Positions 10,789 to 23,796 of a DNA stretch of 64,000 bases are shown here, in pieces. The DNA lies in assembly GCA_035084275.1 (NCBI GenBank), contig CM068742.1, positions 105,524,001-105,588,000 on the forward strand, written 5' to 3'. Every line of letters begins with the position of its first letter. Position 1 is the stretch's first letter. The notes beneath the pieces are model-generated. The model did not search any database, had not been told where the DNA came from, and saw nothing but the letters and a program-made list of their open reading frames with translations. The stretch comes from Hydrolagus colliei. Its lineage: Eukaryota. A program made the position numbers and the translations under genes.

Positions 10789-13700
10789 CCTGTGTCTTGC
10801 CACAATATGTGATATCAACCTCTTAAGAATTAACACTAGAGGTTGATTAGTCTCATCTCCATCTTATTGGATGCTTCATGAGCATTTAGCCAGAAATGCT
10901 TCCAATTAGAGGGGGAGATTGAAGATCCCTCAAAATTTTTAACCCAAAGTATCCAGTCAATTCACTTTACAGTATATTCTGTGAAGTGCTTTTAGATGTC
11001 TCAATTACATGGTAAAGTGCTACAGCAAATGCAAGGATTTTTCTTCTTCTTCTTCTTAGACCAACTCCTGTAACCAGGTGGGTCAGCCATGTGTCTGACA
11101 TATGCGGAAACCCATCACCATGCTTAAGAGTATCCAAATAAATTAGAGATGTGATGCTGGCTGTTCATAAATTTCTAGCTCTCTGCTCCCTTGGTCACCC
11201 GAAGGGCCCCTTGATTTTCTTTACCCTATTGATGGGAATTACATTTGAGTGACAGTCAGGGCTGGATTGGAACGAGGGCCCCCTGGCTAGTAGCCAACAG
11301 TAGGAGTTAGTAGAGCAGCCTCTGGCTGATAGCGGAATTGTATTCTGTTGGTATCACTGATAATTCCACTCTTCCTGCCCCAGGAATGCAAAGCAACAAA
11401 ATATATTTTTTTATAAATCATTACTCATTCTCGCATTTCATATTTCCCTACACCTTTAACACATAATCCAAAAGATCCCAGTTAATCAATAGAACCCTGC
11501 CCCGACCATGTGTTACCGCAAAGCCACGAGAGAGACTCCTGCATCACGCATGCCTGTTGTGCTCATCAGTTCTGGGTCTTTCACAGTCATGGAAGAAAAG
11601 AATTAGCTCACCATCACCAGCAATATATCCTGCTACAAGTATTCTGCTGTGCAGTGCAGCATTTACATCCCCAGTGCCTGGTGCTCGCAGTTAATCCATG
11701 GGAAAATGTGATACTGCGTAACTTTTTTTTCCGCTAAAGTTACATGTGTCCAGAATTCTTCAGTAAACCACAGCTGTGCAAATCATTTAATCTGCAACAG
11801 GAGGCCGGAAGATCAGAAGGCATCAGAGTGAAGTGATTAGAGATGGAACCAGTGTGGTGTAGTGAGATATTATGATGCTCACCACAGATTAGCGAATGTG
11901 ACTACAAGTAGAATTATGGGCAGTGCTGTTGGGTTGTAAAGTTTTATTGGGTTATAGTGCGTGAAATTGATCCAGAGAGTTGTGTGGGCTACAATCCTGC
12001 TCCACCCCCTCAATTGCACAAGTATAGAATGCCACCTGCAGTCATATGAACCAAAGGAGGAACAAACAAGCTGGATTAAATTGATCCTGTGGCACATATT
12101 TACAAACAAGATATCTGGCCTAGCAAAACAGACTGTGGAGGGGTTCAGCAGAAGAGTTGTCGGCAGGCAACAGTCACGGACCACAAGAAAACAATCAGAT
12201 TCCTTCTTGTTTGTTGATCAAACAGATAGTCATTTGTAGTAAGAAAAAACATTGTGGGGTTACAGTGGGTTAGAACATTGGCATTGTCCCTCAGACACTT
12301 GAATCCATCTTTGAATGATGAGATGTACAGTCTTATGTAAAACATTTTGGATAGTTGCAACCCAGTTCCTTGTGGGTGTGGGTTCAAGGTACAAAACTGC
12401 CCTTAAATTGGCAATCTCTCTCAGAAGGCAACAGACAGTAATTCAATTTAACTATCCTGATGAGATCATAAATCTTAGTTTAATTTCAACAAAACTGCCA
12501 AAACTGAATTACTGCCTTACAACTCACTGCCAGATGTTTGTTACCCTTCATATTATGGCCTGTTTATTTTACAGTTTCTCCACTTCCAATTTTCTTCCCA
12601 ATTCTCCTGAAGGGATTGACCCTCGCTGGGGGTCATGGCTGTTTCACAGTTGTCCCCAGCTCTCTGGTACTGTATGTACAATGAAGGTGGGGGAGGAGGG
12701 GGAAGAATCAAACCTCAGACACATTCTGTCCTCATTTGACATCCACCACATGCATTTTCCACTCACTCTGGAGCATGTGGGATTGTGTCTTTGTTCTGTG
12801 TTTCCCTACCATAACAGATGATCCATAAAATCTTACCAAGCTTACAGCACAAAAAGATTTTGTGATCTTTTGAATGTCTGTTGTATTTTCTCTGTGGCTG
12901 GTCTATAAAGTCCCTCCAGAACTCTCATTCAAAGTACTTCCATCTCACTCCCCCTTCTCTTTGAAACTTATCTTAAAACCTTGTCTCTGGCTGTGTTTTC
13001 GGCTATTTCCCCTCAATCCTCATCGTATCCTCGCTCCCTCCCTCCCTCCCTCCCTCCTGCCCAGTTTGGGCACCTGCTCAGACTCTTGGGACATTATTCC
13101 AAAACAAAGATATTGTAACCAATGTAAGTGGTTAATAATGTGAGGATCATGCCAATCCTACAGTCACAACTGATTCGAATTTGATGAAATTAATATAATT
13201 ATGCCATGTGCTTGGAACCCTGAAACAGATGGCACTAGCTATAACCTTTGCCAGGTTTAAAATAAATTTCAATCCATTCACTTCAATTTACTTGAAATGT
13301 GCAAACCCACATTAATCAAACTTCTTAACCTGCAACAAAGTGTAACAGGCCCATACCGCATAGAATGCAAAGCAATAATTATTGCTAACATTGAGTAGCT
13401 GTGAAGGACGGCCCACAGATTCTAATTCTTGTCACATCCTCTTGATCCTTTCAGGGAGAGTAACTAAATTACCCATCTTCAATATGAGGGCTGAAACATG
13501 ATAGTAATTAAAGCCAGTGCCTTTAACAGCAGTGACATGCAGCGGACAGACAGAGCAAGAATGAGGCACTAACCCACCACAGTGATCAGCTTGACACATC
13601 AATAGCTTGCATTGTTTCTGTTACATTGCTATTGGTAATGCCAGCAGGGTAAAGAGTTGCAGTGGTAATGGACCAGTAAATCATCCACTATTTCACTTGG

Positions 13701-14401
13701 GACAGCTATATTTCAGCAATTACATGCAGACTAAAGCCATGCGTTAATCCAGTTAGTTAACAAACTTTTAACTGTAGATTTTATAGCAAAATGTTAGATC
13801 CTTATTTTGAAAGTAAGAATAATCCTTGCTTTTGATAAAGCGACTTATTGCATCATTGAGACGTATCAAAGCAATTAACAGAATTTATTATAAAGTGAAT
13901 TGACTTTTTTTTTGTTGTTTATACATTTTGTGGACAAAATGTTGTAGAGATACCCATTGTTCAAAGACAATGGGGATCAATGTTATGCCAAGTTGTTTTA
14001 AAACGTTCAAAACAAATTTGTTGGCAGAACGCTTTGGTGAGATTGTAGCCAAGTATTCTGCTATAAATTGGAGGCCTGTGGTTAGGTGGTCATGGTAATA
14101 AAGTGATAAAAACATAAAGCTTGTTTTTGATAGATTGTCTCTCACATTGAAAAGACATCTCAAGATACTTCACAAAATTTACTGGAAGTATAGTGACTGC
14201 ATTTTTTAGACAAACACAGCAGCCAATTAGCACACCGCAATGCCCCACAAACAGCTCAAATGATGTTCAGTAAATCATTAATTGTATGCTGCTTATAAAT
14301 AAGTAATCACCCTAATACACTAATTTCCTTCCCACCAAATTAACAAGTTTGTTCACACTCTAAATGTATTAGTATCAGCATTAATCTAGTTTCATAGATT
14401 C

Positions 14402-14900
14402 ATAATAATAATTCCTGCATTTGATATGGCGCCTTATCACGTCTTCGAGGCATCTCAAAGCGCTTCACAGAGTATACTGTAAAGTGAATTGACTGCATAT
14501 TTTGTGGCAGGAACACGGCAGCCAATTGCAAACCTCAGTGCCCCATAAGCAGTTGTGGACTGAAGCGACCATTTTTTCTTTTAAACAATTATTACCCCCA
14601 GAAAAGCGATCCACCAATTAACTAGCATCTGAGTCCCTACTTACTGCTAGGTAAACAGAAGCATGTGGACTAAGAGTATGTTGACTGTATATTTTGCTCA
14701 CAAATATACATTCAATTCACTTTACAGTATATTCTGTGAAACGTTTTGAGATATCTGGAAGATGTGAAAAGTGCTATGTCAAATGCAAGAATTATTATAC
14801 GTTATAGGAAAACTTGCCAAATCTTTTGCCCTGCGGGGAATTGAACTCAGGTCTCTCACTTGCAAGGCAAGTGCTCTAAACACTGAGCTACAGAATTCCA
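14402..14900 (-). mobile_element. tRNA/Deu SINE (long variant) with an opposite-strand SINE fragment inserted at about 14695-14800
   Basis: Tail, Deu core, the extra module TACTTACTGCTAGGTAAACAGA, and a tRNA head at 14810-14900. Confidence 0.85.
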
Positions 14901-16215
14901 CACAGGCAGGAAGGAGCAAATAAAGATCCATTACTCCACCTACCCACAGCATTCACCTGTACATCTTTTCCTGGTGTTGAACATTTCTTCCAGGGATGGG
15001 AATAAACCATGGCTAATCGAGGGAAGAAAGTTTTAGTGGAAAATATTCTCCCCAACTCCCTTCATCATCAAGCAAGGTGCAGGAGAGATCAAAGCCACCA
15101 CCAAATCACCAATATGCCCTCATCCTGTTATACCACATTTGACATGATATGAAATACTCAGCTTCCAGTTGTGGAAACAGCACAGAATAAGGACTTTCAG
15201 CCCATTTTGTTTGTGCTGCTCCTTCAACGATCAATTCTTTCAGTCACTTCAAACTGCCTTTTCCCAGTACCCTGTAGTTTACTCCTTTTTCGAAATCCAT
15301 CTAGTTTCATTTTGAAAGCTAATATGGATTGTGCCTCAACTATTGCTTCTGGCAGGTATCCTAACTACACCGAGCGAGGAGAAAAAAATCTTGGGCAAAT
15401 TGTTGAATTCAGTTTTGAATTTAAAGTTCATTTTTTGTAGTTTTGAAAAGAAACAACAGATAATTTAAGAATTTGACAAAACTGGATGCTCTGAAATTAT
15501 AGGTTAATACAGTAAATCTAGACCAGGTGGAATTTCTACTCAAATATCTGTTAAAAACACTACAAGTTTACAGTGCATATTTTCCTAGTAACTGAATTGA
15601 ACTCATGCAACCTGGACCATCTAGTTTTAAACATTAGTGCAAAAGAAAATATCTGGAGCTGTGGTTCAGGTACATCACAGATCTCTGAAACTCACTGGGT
15701 GAGGGGACTGTGTAATAGTCAGAGACTGAGAGGCCCCAAGTGTCAATGTTCCCTATGGGGGAGTGAGATGTGCAATGCACTATCTGTCAAACAACACAGC
15801 ACTTTCTGCTTTCACTTGAGAGGAAGGCCAAAAGGTTCATTCTGCACACAGCATACATGTTTATCTTACACATTAAGCAAGCATTAAGTGTTCTGAGAAG
15901 TCAGCCCCCTGAGAAACGTATATGCACATTTCATGCTTTAATTTATGAACTACTGTAACCTGCAAGAGTGTTTATTTAGAAAGCACTCATACTTCGGCAG
16001 ACTCCTCAAGATTCAAGTCGATAGAAGTTAGCTCAGTATTATACGGAACAGGACAACACAGCTATTGTCAAGACAAAACGTCTTTTGTACTTAAGAATTG
16101 ATAGTATTACTGTGTTTCATAGCAATAGCAAAAACGCCATTAATTGTTGAATATTCGCCAGTTTTTGAAAAAGCGTCAGTCTCGGACGGTCATTGAATTC
16201 ACCTATCTTTCACAG

Positions 16216-16272
16216 GCAAAGGAGTCGTGTGGATCTACTAGTTAATAAATTTGCCAAGATTGACATTGAGTG
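16216..16272 (+). other. Candidate 57-nt internal exon (host gene unknown)
   Basis: CCTATCTTTCACAG| ... TG|GTGAGT. One frame is open (QRSRVDLLVNKFAKIDIE) and the length is a multiple of 3. Confidence 0.3.
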
Positions 16273-16342
16273 GTGAGTAGTGAAATATGACGTGACGCAA
16301 ATACAAGGTTTATACATAGAATCTGTTGTGAAATTACACTGT

Positions 16343-17178
16343 ACAACAACAACAACAAAATTACATTTGTATAGTGCCTTTCACGTCAGGAGGACGTCCC
16401 AAGGCGCTGGACAGTTATTGATTCAGACCCGAGCTGAGGAAAGGGTTGGGGGTGGGGGAGAGTTGCCGATGGGTCCATCGAAGAGGAGAATCTTGAGATG
16501 AGACTTGAAGGAGACTAGGGAGGGGGCGAGGTGGAGGGACTTCGGGATGGATTTCCAGAGATTGCGGACAGAGTGGCTGAAGGCTCGCCCATGAATGGTT
16601 GGGTGTGTGGGTTGGGGGACGTGGAGCAGACCAGAGCCTGCTGAACGGAGGGGCAGGCAAGTTGGTACGTGGATAGGAGGTCACGGATGTAGGGTGGGGC
16701 AAGGTTGTGGAGAGCTTTATATGTGAGGACCAGATCTTGAATTGGATCCTCTGGATGCTGGGGAGCCAATGGAGTTGGGTGAGGATGGGGGAGATGGGAT
16801 CACGGAGTTTGGAACGGTAGAGGACATGGACTGCATAGTTCTGGATTATCTGCAGCCTGTGGATGGAAGAATTGGGAAGGCCAACCAGCAAGGCATTTGC
16901 ATAATCGAGCTGGGATGTAATAAAGGCTCGGTGAGGGTTTCAGTGGCTTTAGGGGTGAGGTAATGACTGAATCGGGAAATGTTGCGGAGATGGGGAAAGG
17001 CAGAGCGAGTCATTGTTTGGACGTGAGGGAGGAAAAACAGTTGAGGGTCAAACAAGACAGGTAGGTTTCTGACTGACTTGGTGAGGTTGAGTGTGCAACC
17101 ATGGAGGTTGATGCAGCCAGCACCTGATGCAAGAAGGCACTGGCGTGAGCCAATGAGTAAGTCCTCAGTCTTGTTGAC
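16343..17178 (-). mobile_element. L2 LINE 3' part, frameshifted
   Basis: Motifs NKTEDLLIGS, RNLPVLFDPQL, LVGLPNSSIHRLQIIQN and LHWLPSIQRIQFKI; (CAA)n tail at 16343. Confidence 0.93.
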
Positions 17179-17184
17179 AAAATC

Positions 17185-17250
17185 AATAACAACAACAAAA
17201 TTACATTTATAGAGCACCTTTCACATAAGGAGGGCGTCCCAAGGCGCTAC
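17185..17250 (-). mobile_element. L2 tail-only fragment directly upstream of the preceding L2
   Basis: AACAACAACAAAATTACATTTATAGAGCACCTTTCACATAAGGAGGGCGTCCCAAGGCGCT. Confidence 0.85.
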
Positions 17251-18586
17251 ATGTTCACTTCAATAGGACCAACACATTGAAAGAGAGTAAGATGCGCCCG
17301 TGACCAAAGCTAGTAAATGTATCAAAAATCAAACAATGTCTAAGATGCTACTAAATTCAAATGTGAGGAATATTATTATTCATCTAAATGTGCAGGAATC
17401 AACTCATTAAACAATCTGGGATAAGCAGGTAAAGGAAAGACTGCTTGAACACACCATTTAAATTTACATCCATGTACTATATATATTTTTAAAAGTATAA
17501 TAAATATGCCATAGAGATAAAGCAGCCTTTTATCTCTGTACCACTCTCTTCGATGAGGAAATGTATCTTGAAGGGGAATTTTTTTTATTTTGCTTCCAGT
17601 GCGTGTTAGTAACACCTCCAGTGGCTCCAAACTGACTCCACATATGCTGGAGAATGTGAATTTTCTGCGCAGAGCTCCACAGCTCAGTCCTTGTCAATTG
17701 AAAGTCACATGGGATTGCAATGTTTGGAGCTGCAATGTGAACCTTCCCCGTGGAGCTTCACAGTTTAACTCTGAACCGAACACCAAGGCCACTTGTCTAG
17801 TTAACCCTTTCTGCAAGTATTTTTTCTGTTTCTTTTCTGGTAGTCTTGTAGTCTCCTTGAATAGAATAAAATAGTCGCAAAGAAATCTGGTTGTTCATAC
17901 AGTTCATGATTTTATCTTCTGGTGTTCAGTAAGGGCCTCATGGCTTGTGTTTCAATGGGTTTCCCACTGCTGATTGATGACGTGTCCTGGGACATGCAGT
18001 TTAATGCTTTGGGTAAAAAAATACATAGCAATGATGCGCAGTGTGATGATCAGGCAACCAAGCTAGCTAAAAAATATGGAACTTTGTTACGGAAGACACA
18101 CTGGGGTTCGAAGCATGCTGTTAACGTTAGCAAGCCTCTTGTTCTTCACTTGCTTAGAATTTCAAATTAAAAGTACCATATCATGGGGAAGCAAGCACTG
18201 TTCACCAAAACAATTGTAGTGGAATTTCCTATCACAAGCATACAATACAATATAATATAAACAATCAACATTTATGCAGTATTTTTCACCTCGTGGGGAC
18301 TTCTCAAAGCACTTCAAAGCATTGGATGGGCAGTCGAGCTGGGGGTGTGAGCCAAGGTGGTTGAAGGAGAAAGATGAATGAACACACAGTCAAATAAATG
18401 ATAGGCTGAACCCCACCATTCTGTGCCGTAAATTTAAGAGGTACCATTTGAGTGAATGGAACAGCTAAGGTTAGAATGAACACAAGACAAATGACTATTT
18501 ACAACAGAAATTACAATTTGCCTTCTCGAGACACACATAGCACACAAGTGTTTGGTAACACTGATATTGTTGAAACCATTAGTAAA

Positions 18587-18824
18587 TGGTGGATAAATTG
18601 CACCTGGCTCTAGAATTAATCTATTTATTGTAGGATTTCACAGAGTTGAGAAATTGGCAAATTGTTCACAATTCAGTCGTATTGTGAAGTCAGTTTTTTG
18701 CAGCTCTTAAAATAAATTAGACAACCGGTTTGAAAATCAAGTTTGTATACAAGAAATTGCCAAATTCTGAATGCTCTGAAATGCGATATAGAATAAATCC
18801 AGACCCAGGTGGAATTTCTCACCA
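18587..18824. mobile_element. Unclassified foldback/MITE-like repeat with long imperfect TIRs
   Basis: Left end GGTGGATAAATTGCACCTGGCTCTAGAATTAATCTA versus right-end reverse complement GGTGAGAAATTCCACCTGGGTCTGGATTTATTCTA. Related pieces lie at about 15390-15545, 55630-55790 and 57560-57650. Confidence 0.7.
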
Positions 18825-19149
18825 CAAATCCAAATAAACTGGTAAATTGACACTTTCCACTGCCTTCCTGCTTAAAGAATATAAGCATATTTAATCATGC
18901 AATCAGCAGTCAGTGGGTCACACCTATTCAGACAGAATTAGAATTTTGGCAGAAACTGTTGAAAAGGCTGTATTAGGAAATGCTGTGGTGAGATCCAATA
19001 TGTTGCAATTTTTCACAGGAGTATCAACAGATAACAGGAATCACTCCAGTTCATGCAAACTCTGGGAACTGGGACTAAGATCCCATAAGTCAAAGTAACA
19101 CACTTTTAGTTGGTGACAGGAGGAGTGACTCATTACAATTTGTAGAATT

Positions 19150-19630
19150 ACATACAACTAGATAGAATGACACAACACTGAAACAAGCCACGGTTCAAAT
19201 AGTTCATGCCAGTGTTTCCACTCCATATCATACCCCACCCCTCCAATCCCTTTTTAATACTGCTCTATTCCCCTTTCCTCATGCATGCATCAAATTTCCT
19301 CTTAAATACATTAATGCTTTTTGCTTCAGCAATCGTTAAAGCTAATAAGTTCCACATTCTTATGAGCCCCTGCGTAAAAAAGTTCCTACTAAACATCTTT
19401 TTAGATCTATGTAGTTTTAGCCAACTTAAATCTATTACCCCTTGATTTTGAACTCAAAAACAAATGGAAATTGTTTATCAACATCTATGCTAACAAAACG
19501 TTTCAAAATTTTAAACACATCTTGAATATCAGATCCCCTCCCAATCATCTCAACTCCAAAGGAAAAAGCTCCAACCGATTCAGTCTCTTGATAGAGATAT
19601 CAATTAATCCCTAGTAACATCCAAGCGAAT
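19150..19630 (-). mobile_element. Old degenerate CR1 3' fragment
   Basis: Reverse-complement similarity to the CR1 3' region at 1600-2030 (AAGTTCCACATTC..CCCTGCGTAAAAAAGTTC). Confidence 0.6.
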
Positions 19631-20794
19631 CATGTTAGATAATACAGTAAACTATTTGATAGACTAGATTAAAAAAGACTACAATATCTAGGTTAGCTGC
19701 TGTTGTATTAATGAGAAGAGACTGCATCACAAAAGAAGGACTCTCTACATAAGAAACTATTACCATAGAAGTCTAGAGGCACTGATTGCCTTCTCCGAAC
19801 CTCACCAATGCAGTAAGCCCTGTACTGATGCCCAAATCCAATCTTAACAAACAACCTCAGTGAGAAAGAGACCAAGTACAGACACTATCACAATTTAGAT
19901 AAATGGTGTCAGAATATAAGATCTTAGGTTTCATGACCATTTCCATAGGAATTTCATTCTGTTGTAGGACTAGTTATTGTGCACATTAAGTAATTATTGT
20001 GCACATTAAAGACTGTTTACTGTCAGGGGTATAAAATATTTACACTGCCTGGTCCCCATTCACTATTCTAATATTACAATGTCAGAGGAAACTTCCCATT
20101 GTTTACTAACTGGGCCCCAATTTTTTTTGTCTGATTTCTTTCTCATCCGTTGTAATGACAAATAGGAGGAAAAGACAGCCTTAGGATTTTTTGAGATTGT
20201 CTCCTCAGTCACTCATGATACAGGACCCTCATTCAGGTCTACAATCACTAAAGAGAATGATAGAAATCACAGGCCTCAATGGGCTCTTGAATCTATGCTG
20301 ATGGTAGCTCCTTCACTGGAGCAAACTGTTCTCATGACAATTCCTCACTGCTTCGCTTTTATATTTTTATTGTTATTATTCTTCAAATGTATTGAACCTT
20401 TCAATTCTCTCTTTAAGTGTTGTTACGGTCACAGCCTCAATAGCTACTCATGGTAAAGTATTTCATATTTTAATAATCTATTGTATTTTAAGACTGTTAG
20501 AAATAGTTTTATATAATATGCTATTTAAGCCTGTTTAACGTAGCTTTTCACACAATCATGGGACAACAGAAAAGTGCATGGAAATACATTTTATATTTTA
20601 TTGAGGTTGGTGGATATTAGCCAGCCGGTGACCTTGGGATAACAACATTCATCTGCATTGAGTGCACTGGCGCCAACCAATGTAGGATCAACAATTGAAA
20701 TGACAATTGATCAAATTAATTTGATTTAATCAAATCTCTGGTATTTTGTTTACTTGATCAAATGTGACTCCAGACAGTTCATATTTACATGATA

Positions 20795-21015
20795 TTTCGG
20801 GCTACTCAGCCGTGCCTGACCCGATCATCATCCAAGGTCCATTCACGCTTACTTTCCAGCTGGAATCGAACAATATTGATCAGATTCCGGGAAGCCTATC
20901 TGATCTTGAGGCCTCTCTGCCGAGATCAGCTAACTGTAAAGAGACCAGGGATTGAAACTGGATCTTTCTGAGCCATATAATCTACTGGACGGTGCTCTTA
21001 CCGACTGAGTAATTG
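20795..21015 (-). mobile_element. Old tRNA-derived SINE of a second family
   Basis: GAGATCAGCTAACT...ACCAGGGATTGAAACTGG (reverse B box) ... CGACTGAG (reverse A box). A possibly related + strand piece lies near 40575-40655. Confidence 0.55.
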
Positions 21016-21044
21016 CCAAAAGTTTAATTTTACAGATGGTAACA

Positions 21045-21460
21045 AGTTGAGAGACTAGAGAAACTGGAATTGTTCTCCTTCGAGCAGAGAAAGTTTAAGG
21101 GAGATTTAATAGAGAACTGTGCATGGTTATGATAGAGTAAATAAGGAGAAACTGTTTCCACTGGCGTGTGGGTCACTAACCACAGGTCACAGATTCAAGA
21201 TAATTGGCAAAAGAACCAGAGGGGAGATGAGGAGAAATATTTTTACGCAGCAAGTTGTTACCATCTGTATACACTGCCTGAAAGGGTGGTGGAAGCAGAT
21301 TCAATAATAACTTTCAAAAGGGAATTGGATATTTACTTAAAACAAAAAAATTGCAAGGCTATGGGGAAAGATTGGAGGAGTGGGACTAGTTGGATAGCTC
21401 TTTCAATGAGTCAGCATAGGCTGAATGGCCTCCGTCTGTGCTATTGTTCACTCTATGTCA
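21045..21460 (+). mobile_element. CR1 3' fragment
   Basis: LEKLELFSFEQR, YDRVNKEKLFPL..GHRFKI..RRNIFTQ and FKRELDIYL motifs. Confidence 0.9.
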
Positions 21461-23116
21461 GATAGGCAAGGACAGAAACACAGAACTTACACACAAGGTT
21501 AAATAACAGTGCATAACATTCTGTACTACCCAAGTTCACACTACCTCAGTGTACTATAAACACTACAAATGTAATCTGTCAGCAAGCTTGTATTTTTTTT
21601 CTTATATACGGTGTATAAGAATATATATATAAATATATATTCCTACCAAACCAGTTTATATGTCCAATCGACTGAAATAAATACTTTCCACATGAAATGT
21701 TCACTTGACCCATTCGGGCAAAGTATAATATGCACCTTATTTTATAGTCCTCTGTCAGTGTTATGAAGAATTCTATCAAGTCATTCAGAAAATTACATGG
21801 CCTGATAGGAAGATCAATTTAAAAAAATCTGTTTGAGGAGACTATGGGAGCAAAGAGCTCACCTCAGACAGAGATAGCTCTACAATTCCATAAACTGAGA
21901 ATACCATGTGAAAATCCGCTTTCAACTCATACAATGCATCTTTAACAATGCAACCAAATCCAAGAAGCTGTCAAGCTGTCTTTTAAACTCTTTTCAAGTC
22001 TGCTAGATGGAATCCATGGTCACTTTTAAAATGCTAAACAGCAAGCATATTACTGCTACACTTCGGGCAGAAACAGAAGTATGCTTCCAATAAAAATATT
22101 TTTATAAAAAAACTTGAGTGCTTTTGGGCAAAAAAAACATTAGATATGGTTGATTCATATTTGAAACTATTTCCTTTTCTTTCAACTTTTCAATTGAAAT
22201 TGCACTAATTCAGGGTAAGCAGCATGTTTGAGGAGGCTCTTTAATACTAGCTTGTCTGCCAGCGCATCAAATGATAAGTGTTTCACTAATTTGTGCACCA
22301 CATGTGTGGTCTTGGACATTGTGGGTGCACCAGGAATCTGTCAAGTTGGCTCCAAGCATTTTTAATTTCAGTGTCAACTTGGCTTCAATATAAAATAACC
22401 TCAAGTTTTAAAACAAACATCAATCCTTTCCCTTCCACCCAAAATCCTTCCTTTTCTACATAAATCCAATAGCCAACGTGGCTGAAAGGTCATAAGAAGT
22501 ATAAGGCAAACAGAACGTTCTTCAGTAATGTGAGGATCCAAATTTGGGTTCCCCTGTTCAGCATTCTTCACTACAATTAGATAGCTGTGTCCGCTTTCTC
22601 TATGTATGCATTTTATTTTCCGTGAGTGGATGCTTAATTTGTTATTTTCCCAGCAAGGAAATCATTTGCTTTGACAAGGGCACACTTTTAACTGAACCCC
22701 GATATCATCATTATCCTCTGTGTTTCCCATGTCCATATGTATGCACTAAGTTGGCATCCCTGTCATTTCAAAATATGAATGTTTTGATTGGGCTTAACCC
22801 AATTTAAGGAGATATGTGAGGTAGGGATCATGTCAGCTGATCACACGCACCACATTCTTGAAGCCGTCTTGATTTTAATGCTTCATGACCAAGTGTCCAG
22901 AGCAGATTTACTGGATAAATCCTAATACACTTTGTCTTTGTAGCCTCCATCTGCAATGTGTGCAAATCCTCTGCACTTGAATAAAAATGCAGTGTTGCTA
23001 AAAAATCAAAATTTGGCTCAGAAACTAAATAAGTCTTACACTGAGAAGGGTTAAAGGAAGCAAAGAAAAGAAAGTTTCCTGACTTTTTAATGCGTTTTAC
23101 TGTTTTCCTCTTACAG

Positions 23117-23218
23117 GTGAGGCAATTCATCTGTTATCAATCTCGCCTAAAGGCAGGCTCAGTCTGCACATGGGCCCCACTGTCGTAACATTGCTTCACT
23201 AGAAATAATACAAAGTAG
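23117..23218 (+). other. Candidate recursive-splicing (RS) or poison exon
   Basis: TTTTCCTCTTACAG|GTGAGG with a downstream AG|GTAAGC; stop codons in all three frames. Confidence 0.35.
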
Positions 23219-23796
23219 GTAAGCAAGCAATCAATACAGGCTACATGATGAACACTTACGAGGTGTAGCTATTAAAGTGTGAAAGACCTAACACAAATTA
23301 GCAGGATCTTGCATGCAAGTGTAAAATGACCCCTATTCCATTAATCCCCATCAGATGTTCTGGTAATGCTACAAAGCATATTCTAAATCTTGGCAGAAGA
23401 AATGTTTTTATGCAAACTGTTTTATTGGGGGGAGTGAATGGTTAGCTGCTGAAATGTTTTCTTTGTGATTGGTGAACACTGCATACCTACGGTGACTTGG
23501 TTAATGTCTAACAATAACCGGTGTTTGTATTTTGTTTAGTAAAACCTAGGGTCGTCGATATGGAAATTTTCAGATTTAGATATATCGATGGGCTCATATC
23601 GAAATATACCGATATATCGATATTTTCAAAGTTTTCATACTGCGCATGCGTGTGCGTCGCGAGGTGCACATGCATTCGGAGGTGCGCGCGCATTCGGGGC
23701 CTATCTCTCCTCAGGAGGTAAATATATCTCTCTCTCTCTGTGTCTCTCACACTCACTCTCTCCATCTCTGTGTTTTTCTGTCTTTCTCTCTCCTCT

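Noticed and set aside
11961-12239. ORF segment LQSYEPKEEQTSWIKLI resembling a PH-domain C-terminal helix
   Set aside because: The resemblance is short, there is no good polypyrimidine tract or donor, and there is no other domain support.
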